This document shows positions 55,882 to 64,000 of a stretch of 64,000 bases of DNA, one piece after another. The stretch comes from Calditrichia bacterium (GTDB taxonomy: Bacteria > Calditrichota > Calditrichia > JAJRVZ01), in the NCBI GenBank assembly GCA_963777955.1, contig CAVZSQ010000022.1:1-64000 (forward strand). Direction: 5' to 3'. The notes beneath the pieces were generated by a model. The model was not told the origin of the DNA, made no database searches, and saw only the letters and a program-made list of their open reading frames with translations. The translations under genes were made by a program, and so were the position numbers. Every line of letters starts with the position of its first letter. Position 1 is the stretch's first letter.

Positions 55882-56948
55882 GCGAGCCCACCCCGTTCGC
55901 GTCTGGCGTCGGTGCCGGCGGTGTCGACCGACCCCCGGCTGCTCACGATGCACCTCGACATCTGCCGCATGCGGGCCGAGCTCGAGCTGCTCGAGGGCCG
56001 CATCAGCCGCATCCGGGCCAGCGAGGCCGAGGCCGCCGCCGACACCCGGCCCTTCGTCGACCGGGCCCAGGACCTCGTCGACCGCACCGTCGCCTCGCTG
56101 CTCGAGGCCGGTCGGGCCGAGATCGAGGCCACCGACCGCCAGAGCATCGGCGCCGCCGAGGCCCGCATGGCCGAGGCCAACCGCCAGGCCCGCCTGCTGA
56201 TCACCGCCGCCCGCGAGGAGCTGGCCGCCGCCCTCACCGAGCGGGCCGAGGCGGCCGAGCGGGCCCACGGCTCCGCCGCCGACGTGGTCATCCTCCCCGA
56301 CGAGGGCCTCGTGGTGCTGCCCGGGCGACGACCTCGTCGTCCTGCCCGACGAGGGCCTCGTGGTGCTGCCGGGCGACGACGCGGTGATGTCCTCGGCCGA
56401 CGGTCTGGTCGTGCTCCCCGGCGACGACGTCGTGCTGGTGCTCCCCGACCACGACGGCGAGCCGGCGCTCGGCGCCGGTGTCGGCGCCGCGCGGCCGAGC
56501 CGGTGGCCAGCGCCGCGGTCGAGCCCTCGACCGAGCCCGTCACCATCGAGCCGGCCCCGGCCGATCCGGGGTTCTTCGCCGGCGCGGGCTTCGCCCCGCC
56601 GTGCGGCCTCGGCCGCCGAGCCGTCGGAGCCGTCGGTCGAGCGTCACCACGCCGCCCCCGCCTCCGCCTCCTGCTCCCTCCGGCTCCCACCGGTGGGTCG
56701 GCGCTCCCGCCACCGCCCGGCCACGACGCCGGCCGCGCCGCTGCTTCCCTCGGCTCAGCTCCGCCGATGCCGCGTTCGACGTCTGGCTCTCCATGGCCCC
56801 GCCCGCCGAGGCGACGCTCGAGGGCGACGACGAGCTGCCCGAGGTCACCGACGCCGGTCGCCCGGCGTGGCTGCGCCCGATCGAGGCGGTCGCCGCCCTG
56901 ATCCTCGTGGCGCTCGTCGTGGCCGTCGGCCTCGTCCTCGTCGGCTGA
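55878..56948 (+). CDS. Hypothetical protein: coiled coil, short tandem repeats, Pro/Ala linker and C-terminal TM (frameshifted)
   Basis: RAELELLEGRISRI..., VVLPDEGLVVLPGDD repeats, WLRPIEAVAALILVALVVAVGLVLVG-stop. Confidence 0.55.
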
Positions 56949-56993
56949 CGCCGACCCGGCCGGCCGCCCGTCGCGTCAGCCGGGCGTCCGGGG

Positions 56994-58003
56994 TCAGGCC
57001 GCGTCGGGCTCGCTGTCGCCCAGGAGCTCGGGCCCCTCGGCGGTGTCGGTGTCGCTGTCGGAGGCGAACGAGCCCTCGACGGCCCAGGCCAGCGTGCGCA
57101 GCAGCGCCCGGGCGGCGGGCTGCACCACCAGCGGGTCGACGCCGGGCAGGATCGGCAGCCACAGCTCGCGCTGGGCCCACCCGGGGAGCAGGCCGACGGC
57201 GGCCGGGGCGATGACGGCGTAGGCGGGGCGGGCGGCCATGGGCAGCGGCGGGACCATCAACCAGCGGGCGGCCTCGTGGGCCTGTGAGCCGGCCCGCAGC
57301 TCGGGGCGCACCGAGCTGAAGTACGACCGCAGCTCGGCCACCGAGCGGGCCGGCGGCTCGCCACCGAGGCGCTCGCAGACCACGGCCATCTCGGCCACGT
57401 AGCGGTCGGCCTCGGCGGGGGAGAGGGGGTCCGAGCCGTAGCGCTGGTAGGCCCGCAGGAAGCTGTCGACCTCGGCGTGGTGCACCCAGGCGACGAGGTG
57501 GGGGTCGTTGGCGGCGTAGGGCCGGCCGTCGGGCGCGGTGCCCACGACCGCCTGGTGGACCCGACGGACCATGGCGAAGGCGGCGTCGGCCTGCTCGGTG
57601 GTGCCGTAGGTGGTGGTGGCCACGAACACCGCGGTGCGGGCGAGGCGGCGGTCGGGGTGGCGCCGGTAGTCGGAGTGGTCGGCGACGCCGGCCATGGCGA
57701 GGGGGTGCAGCAGTTGGAGCAGCAGCGCCCGGAGGCCGCCGACGAACATCGAGGAGTCGGCGTGGATGCGCCAGGTGACGCTGTCGGGCCCGAACAGCCC
57801 GGGATCGCCGTCGACCGGACGGCTGAGGTCGCGGACCGGCTGGCGGTCGCCGGCGACCATCTGGCGCACGCCCCGGCCGATCTGGTTGCGCACGCCGCTG
57901 ACGGCGGTGTCGACGGCACCGGTGACCGCACCGCTCACCGCGCCCCGAGGGCCGAGGCCGGCACGGTGACCGGGGCGGTGAGACGGTCGAGCGAGAGGTC
58001 CAT
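56994..58003 (-). CDS. Oxygenase MpaB / DUF2236 family protein
   Basis: DPGLFGPDSVTWRIH...GGLRALLLQ.LHPLAMAGV.DHS...VRRVH...YAANDP.L..WVH. Confidence 0.9.
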
Positions 58004-58076
58004 CACCCTTCCGAGGATAGGAGGGCGCGGTGCACGGCCGGTGGTCCGGCGCCACACGTCACCTCCTCCGGCTCCT

Positions 58077-58162
58077 GAGGCACAGACGTGCGGAATCCGA
58101 GTGTCGGTGCCTCGGGAGGGCGACGGCGCGGCGCTCGCGAGGCACAGAGGTGCGGAAACCGA
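58077..58162. repeat. Two 24-bp direct repeats (22/24 identical) with hairpin potential
   Basis: GAGGCACAGACGTGCGGAATCCGA (58077-58100) and GAGGCACAGAGGTGCGGAAACCGA (58139-58162). Confidence 0.7.
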
Positions 58163-58217
58163 CGGTTCCCGCCTCCGGAGGCGTCGATGCCGGGGTGGAC
58201 GTGGTTGACGGTGGGGG

Positions 58218-58345
58218 CCGGGTGTGGTTCGGTGGGCGGCACAACGCAACCTGCCGCCGTGGGGGAAGCCGGTCGAATTCCGGCGCTGACCCGCAACCGT
58301 AGGTGGCCGTCCGAGGGCGGTCACGAGCCGGAATGCCTGCGCCGG
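58218..58345 (+). ncRNA. Cobalamin (B12) riboswitch
   Basis: Core GGGAAGCCGGTCGAATTCCGGCGCTGACCCGCAACCGT followed by B12-box-like GAGCCGGAATGCCTGC; lies upstream of an ECF transporter operon. Confidence 0.88.
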
Positions 58346-58456
58346 GGGGATGCTCCGCCCTTGACCCGTCGTCGGACTGCGGGAGGTGGAGCTCGGTCGG
58401 TCGACGGGGGCTCCCCGTGGGCGGGGTCCGGGTTCGACCGCCCGCCCGGAGGTTCC

Positions 58457-59420
58457 GTGCCCCTCACCCGCCACCGCCGCAGCGTGCCCGTCCGGTGGCG
58501 CGCCCGTGGCCGGGCGTCGGGGGCCGGGCGTCGTGTTCTCCCTGGTGGTGGCGCTGCTCGGCCTGCTCGGGGGCCTGGGGGCGCTGTCGGTGTCGGCCGG
58601 TCCGGCGGCCGCGGCCGGCTCGTGCCGCGGCCCGATCGCCGCCGGCCAGATCCGCGTGGTGATGGTGGTCGACCCGGGCGAGACCGGTCCTCGGGGCCCG
58701 ATGGCCACCTGCCTGGTCGTGGCGGCCGGCACCTCGGGGTCGAAGATCCTGGCCCAACGGGCCGCCGAGCTCGGCCTGCCGTCGCCCCGCTACGCCGGCA
58801 GCGGCCTGCTGTGCGGCCTCGACGGCTTCCCGGCCACGGCCTGCCCGGTGAACAACGGCGGCAGCTTCGCGTTCTGGGCCTACTTCAACGGCTCGGGCGG
58901 CGCCTGGTCGTTCGGCCACGACAACCCGTTCGTCCGCCGCATGGTCGACGGCGAGATCATGGGCTGGCGCTACACCACCGGCTCCACCGAAGGCGACGCC
59001 CCGGCGCCTCGCATCGCGCCGAGCGGCTCGCTGTTCCCGCCCCTCACGCCCGTCGCCACCGCGCCGCCTGCGCCGGCTCCCACGGCGGCGCCTCCGGCGG
59101 GCGGGTCCGCCGGCGGCGCGCTCGGGCTCGGGCTCAGGGGCTGCCGGCGGTGCCGGTGTCACCGATCCGGCCGCCGCCGATCCGAGCGCGACGACCGTCC
59201 CGGCCGACGCCACCGGGGCCGGGGTCGACACCTCGACCACCACCGCCGACGGGGTCGGGTCCACCGACGCGTCCGACGCAGGCCGAGGAGCTGGCCGCCG
59301 CGCCGGCCAGCAGCTCGTCCGACACCGGTCGCTGGATCGGCCTCGCCGTGGCCGTGGCCGCGGTGGGGCGCCCTGGCCTTCGGTGCCGTCACCCGTACCC
59401 GCAGGGCCCGGCGCCCGTGA
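58457..59420 (+). CDS. Secreted, C-terminally membrane-anchored protein; candidate cobalamin-binding component (frameshifted)
   Basis: RBS GGAGG; signal peptide; LLCGLDGFPATAC...FWAYF...W...GWRY; Pro/Thr linker; TM followed by RTRRARR. Confidence 0.65.
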
Positions 59421-60565
59421 GCTCCGCCTCCCGCTCGATCCGGCCCCGTCGCCTGTTGCACCCGGGCGCGTGGTGGCTGTGGGCCGCGGGGTTGGCCGTC
59501 GTGGCCCTGCGCACCACCAACCCGTTGCTGCTCGGGCTGATCCTCGGCGTCGTCGCCTTCGTCGTGGCCAGCCGTCGCAGCGATGCGCCGTGGGCCATGT
59601 CGTTCGCCGGCTATCTGAAGTTGGGTGCGTTCGTCATCGCCATCCGCATGGTGTTCCCGATCCTGTTCGGCAACCGCCTCCCGGGCACCGAGCTGTTCAC
59701 CATCCCGTCGGTGACGCTGCCGAGCTGGGCCGCCGGCGTCAGCATCGGTGGTCCGGTCACGGTCGAGATGCTGGTCGGCGCGTTCTACCAGGGCCTCCGC
59801 CTCGCCGTCGTCATCGCCTGCGTGGGTGCCGCCAACACGCTCTGCAGCCCCTACCGCATGCTGCGGGCCCTCCCGAACGCCCTCTACGAGGCGGGCATGG
59901 CCGTCACCGTGGCGCTGACGTTCGCGCCGCAGCTGGCCATCACCGCCCGCCGGGTGCGCGACGCCCGTCGCCTCCGGGGCCGGCCCACCAAGGGGCCCTC
60001 GGCCTGGCGGGGCTCGATGCTCCCGGTGCTCGAGGGTGCGCTCGAGCGGGCCGTCGCCCTCGCCGCCTCGATGGACTCGCGCGGCTACGGCCGCCACGGT
60101 CAGGCGCCCGCCGCCATCCGCCGCACCGCCGCCGGCCTCACCCTGGGCGGCATGGTCCTCGTCGCCATCGGTGCCTACGGCGTGCTCGACCCGAGCGTGC
60201 CGTTGGTGTTGCGGGCCCCGGCGCTGCTCGCCGGTGGGGTCGCCCTCGCCGGCGCGCTGGTGTTGGGAGGTCGTCGCTCCGACCGCACCCGCTACCGCGC
60301 CGACCGGTGGCTGCTCGCCGAGTGGGTCGTGTCGGTGTGCGGCCTCGTGGCCGTCGTCGGCGTGGTGGTGTCGGGCCGACTCGGCGACACCCTCGATCCG
60401 TCGGTGTACCCGCTCGAGTTCCCCGAGCTCCCCGTCGCCGCGGCCCTCGGCGTGCTCGTCGCCGTGCTGCCCGCCTGGGTCGCCCCTGAGCCGCCCGAGC
60501 TGGCGACCGTGCCGTCGGCGGTCGAGGCCGCGGCATCGGCCGAGGCGCTGGAGGTGGCGGCGTGA
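59417..60565 (+). CDS. ECF transporter transmembrane (T / CbiQ-like) component
   Basis: LHPGAWWLWA, ARRLRG, LAASMDSRGYG. Confidence 0.9.
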   Translation: MSSASRSIRPRRLLHPGAWWLWAAGLAVVALRTTNPLLLGLILGVVAFVVASRRSDAPWAMSFAGYLKLGAFVIAIRMVFPILFGNRLPGTELFTIPSVTLPSWAAGVSIGGPVTVEMLVGAFYQGLRLAVVIACVGAANTLCSPYRMLRALPNALYEAGMAVTVALTFAPQLAITARRVRDARRLRGRPTKGPSAWRGSMLPVLEGALERAVALAASMDSRGYGRHGQAPAAIRRTAAGLTLGGMVLVAIGAYGVLDPSVPLVLRAPALLAGGVALAGALVLGGRRSDRTRYRADRWLLAEWVVSVCGLVAVVGVVVSGRLGDTLDPSVYPLEFPELPVAAALGVLVAVLPAWVAPEPPELATVPSAVEAAASAEALEVAA

Positions 60566-62242
60566 TCCGCTTCGAGCACGTCACCTTCACCTATCCCGAC
60601 GCCGAGGCCCCCACCCTGGTCGACGTCGACTTCGTGGTGCCCGAGGGCGAGCTGTGCCTCGTCGTGGGCACCACCGGCTCGGGCAAGTCCACCCTGTTGC
60701 GGGCGGTCAACGGCCTGGTGCCCCGCTTCTCCGGCGGCACGCTCCAGGGCCGGGTGTGGGTCGACGGCCGCAGCACCGACGAGGTGCCGCCGCGCGAGCT
60801 CGCCGACGTCGTGGGCCTGGTCGGGCAGGACCCCGCCGCCGGGTTCGTCACCGACGTGGTCGAGGACGAGCTGGCCCACGTGATGGAGAACCTCGGCGTC
60901 GCCCCCGACGTGATGCGCCGCCGGGTCGAGGACGTCCTCGACCTGCTCGGCCTGCACGAGCTGCGCAACCGCCCGCTCGGCGCCCTCTCGGGCGGCCAGC
61001 AGCAGCGGGTGGCCATCGGCTCGGTGCTCACCGCCGGGCCCCGGGTGCTGGTGCTCGACGAGCCCACCTCGGCCCTCGACCCCGCCGCCGCCGAGGAGGT
61101 GCTCGCCGCCCTCACCCGCCTGGTGCACGACCTCGGCATCACCGTGCTGCTGGCCGAGCACCGCCTCGAGCGGGTCGTGCAGTACGCCGACCGGGTCGTG
61201 CTCGTGCGGTGGGCCCGGGCCAGCCCGTCATCTGCGGCGAGCCGGCCGAGATCCTCGCCGCCGCCCCCGTCGTGCCGCCGGTGGTCGAGCTCGGCCGCCT
61301 CGCCGGCTGGTCGCCGCTGCCGCTGTCGGTGCGCGACGCCCGCCGGGCCGCCGCCGACCTCCGCACCCGCCTCGCCCCCCTCGTCCCCGCCGCGACCCGT
61401 TCTGGCATGCGTTCCGCACCGCCGGCGGTGCGCAACGTCAGCCAGAACGAGGGTCGGCGGGGCGAGGTCGTGGCCCGGGCCGAGGGGCTGCACGCCAGCT
61501 ACGGGCCGGTGGCCGCCCTGCGCGACGTCGACGTCGAGCTCCGGGCGGGCGAGGTCGTGGCCCTCATGGGCCGCAACGGCGCGGGCAAGTCGACCCTGCT
61601 CTCGCACCTCGTCGGGCTGAAGGTGCCGGGCCGGGGCAGGGTGCTCGTCGGCGGGCGGGAGCCGCACTCGCTGCCGGCCCGCGAGGTCGTGCGCTCCGCC
61701 GGGCTCGTGCCCCAGGACGCGGGCCTGCTGCTCTACCACGACACCGTCGCCGCCGAGTGCACGGCCGGCGACCGCGACGCCGACCTGGCCGCGGGCACCA
61801 CCCGGGCCGTGCTCGACCGGCTCGTGCCGGGCATCGACGCCCGGGCCCATCCCCGCGACCTCTCCGAGGGGCAGCGCCTCGCGCTCGCCCTCGCCGTCGT
61901 GCTGGCCGCCGAGCCGCCGCTGGTGCTGCTCGACGAGCCCACCCGCGGCCTCGATTACCCGGCGAAGCATCGCCTGGTCCGCATCCTCGGCGATCTCGCC
62001 GCCGAGGGCCGGGCCGTGGTGCTCGCCACCCACGACGTCGAGGTCGTGGCCGAGGTCGCCGACCGGGCCATCGTCCTGGCCGAGGGCGAGATCGTGGCCG
62101 ACGGCCCCGCCCGGAGGTCGTCGTGCACTCGCCGGTGTTCGCCCCCCAGGTCGCCAAGGTCCTCGCCCCCGAGCCGTGGCTCACCGTGGGCGAGGTCGCC
62201 GCCGCCCTCGACCAGCTCGCCGGCAGCGGGAGCCCGTCGTGA
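60562..62242 (+). CDS. ECF transporter ATPase with duplicated ABC domains (frameshifted)
   Basis: GTTGSGKST, LSGGQQQR, LDEPT; then GRNGAGKST, LSEGQR, LDEPTRGLD. Confidence 0.92.
61393..61456. repeat. REP-like palindrome inside the ATPase inter-domain linker
   Basis: CGACCC-GTTCTGGC...CGCACCGC-CG-GCGGTGCG...GCCAGAAC-GA-GGGTCG. Confidence 0.65.
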
Positions 62243-63158
62243 CGGCCACCGCTCCGGTGCCCGCGCCCACCCCGACGCCCGACCCCGGCCGCGACCGAGG
62301 CCGTGTCCCAGGCCATGCGGCTGCGCACCCGGTCGTGGCTGCTGCTCACCGCCTGCTCGGTGATCGGCGTGGTCGCCTTCGCCTGGCCGCTGCTCGCCGA
62401 CCCGTCCGGCTCGGCCGGCACCGCCCACTCGGCCGATGCCCCCTGGTTGCTCGCCGTGCTGCTCCCGCTGCTGCTCTGCGTCGTGCTCGCCGAGCTGGCC
62501 GACGGCGCCCTCGACGCCAAGGCCGTCGCCCTGCTCGGCGTGCTCGCCGCGTGCGGGGCCGCACTGCGCCTCCCGAGCGGCGGCGTGGCCGGGTTCGAGC
62601 CGGTGTTCTTCCTGCTCATCCCGGCCGGTCGGGTGCTGGGCCGGGGCTTCGGGTTCGTGCTCGGCGCCCTCACGCTGTTCGTCTCCGCCCTGCTCACCGG
62701 CGGGGTCGGGCCGTGGCTTCCGTTCCAGATGCTGGGCGCGGCCTGGATGGGCTTCTTCGCCGGCTGCCTCCCGCCGGCCAGGGGCCGGGCCGAGGTCTGG
62801 ATGCTCGCCGCCTACGGCGTCGTCGCCGCGCTGGCCTACGGGCTGCTGCTGAACCTGTCGTTCTGGCCGTACGTGGCCGGCGGCGACTCGGCGCTCTCGT
62901 TCGTGCCGGGTGCCGGGCCTGGCCGAGAACCTCCGGCACTTCTGGGCCTTCCACCTGGCCACGTCGCTGGGCTTCGACATCCCCCGGGCGGTGTTCACCG
63001 GGGCCTTCATCCTGGTGGCCGGCCGCCCGATCCTCGGCGCGTTGCGCCGGGCCTCGCGCCGGGCCGCGTTCGGTGCTCCCGTGGCCTTCGTCGAGGCCCC
63101 GCAGGCAGACGCCGTCGCCGCACCCGCCGAGGCCGCCGCGGTTCCGCCGGTGTCCTAG
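62239..63158 (+). CDS. ECF transporter substrate-specific (S) component (frameshifted)
   Basis: DAKAVALLGVLAA, EPVFFLLI..GRVLG.GFGF.LG, GGVGPWLPFQM, TSLGFDIPRA. Confidence 0.88.
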
Positions 63159-63169
63159 CGTCGGAGCCC

Positions 63170-64000
63170 ATGGCTCCCGTCGTCGTCGTCACCCGCCCGC
63201 TGCCCGATCCCGGCGTCGCCGTGCTCGCCGAGGCGGGCTTCGACGTGAGGGCCAACCCCGACGACCGCCCGTGGCCGAGGGCCGAGCTGCTCGCCGCGGT
63301 GGCCGACGCCGACGCCCTGCTGTGCATGCTGAGCGAGCCGGTGAACGCCGAGCTGCTCGATGCCGCCCCGGGGCTGAAGGTGGTGTCGAACTACGCCGTC
63401 GGCTTCGACAACATCGACGTGGCCGAGGCCCGCGGCCGCGGCATCGAGGTCACGACCACCCCCGACGTGCTCACCGAGGCCACCGCCGACCTGGCGTGGG
63501 CCCTGCTGCTCGCCGCCGCCCGCCGCCTCGGCGAGGGCGACCGCCTGGTGCGGGCGGGGGAGTGGACCGGCTGGGGCCCCAACCAGCTGATCGGCCAGCC
63601 CGTCGCCGGCCGCACGCTCGGCATCGTCGGCATGGGCTCGATCGGCCGGGCCGTCGCCCGCCGCGGCCGGGGCTTCTCGATGCCGGTCGTCTACTTCAAC
63701 CGCAACCGGCTCGACCCGCGGTCGAGGCCGAGCTCGGCGCCCGCTACGTCACCCTCGACGAGCTGCTCGCCACCGCCGACGTGGTCTCGCTGCACGCCCC
63801 GCTCAACGACGACAGCCGCCACATGATCGATGCCGCCGCCCTCGCCCGCATGAAGCCCACGGCCGTCATCGTGAACACCGGCCGCGGCGCGCTCATCGAC
63901 GAGGCGGCGCTGGTCGAGGCGCTGCGGGAGGGCCGCATCGCCGCGGCCGGCCTCGACGTCTACGAGCGCGAGCCCGCCCTCACCGACGGCCTCACCGCCC
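63170..64000 (+). CDS. D-glycerate/glyoxylate reductase (D-2-hydroxyacid dehydrogenase), partial
   Basis: VVVTRPLP, NYAVGFDNID, TPDVLTEATADLAW, GIVGMGSIG, NTGRG, AGLDVYE.EP. Confidence 0.9.

Noticed and set aside
62303..63826. ECF S component-dehydrogenase fusion
   Set aside because: The S component finishes at TAG 63158 after a frameshift, and the dehydrogenase has its own RBS and ATG at 63170.

Overview
High-GC bacterial sequence with many single-base indels, including in ftsY, ffh, rpsP and trmD. This looks like unpolished long-read or metagenomic assembly, so most frameshifts are treated as errors. The window appears chimeric, with an abrupt junction at about 11,945 where a VWA gene is spliced into the middle of a sulfatase gene. 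The left segment (1 to ~11,945; lower GC by eye, possibly Acidobacteriota-like) carries a VIT1/CCC1 protein, tRNA-Leu(TAA), a VOC lipoprotein, a giant secreted 3x7-blade beta-propeller/Ig protein and two tandem sulfatase + radical-SAM maturase pairs. The right segment (actinobacterial, probably Acidimicrobiia-like) carries moxR-DUF58-VWA, an OmpR-family two-component system with htrA, ftsY-orf-ffh-rpsP-KH-rimM-trmD-rplS-DUF2469-yraN, mycothiol-family redox genes, bfd-bfr with two IdeR/DtxR-like boxes, SDRs, an amidase, a probable PNP-DeoC fusion, a flavin oxidoreductase, prpE, osmC, murT-gatD and a cobalamin riboswitch-controlled ECF transporter. The best novelty candidate is the coupled operon at 41,999-46,135. 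It encodes a MauE-like protein, a Tat-exported ~25-Cys protein resembling the methylamine dehydrogenase light chain fused to five ~100-aa repeats, a MauD-like thioredoxin and an unknown protein. No mauB, mauG or amicyanin gene is present in the window.
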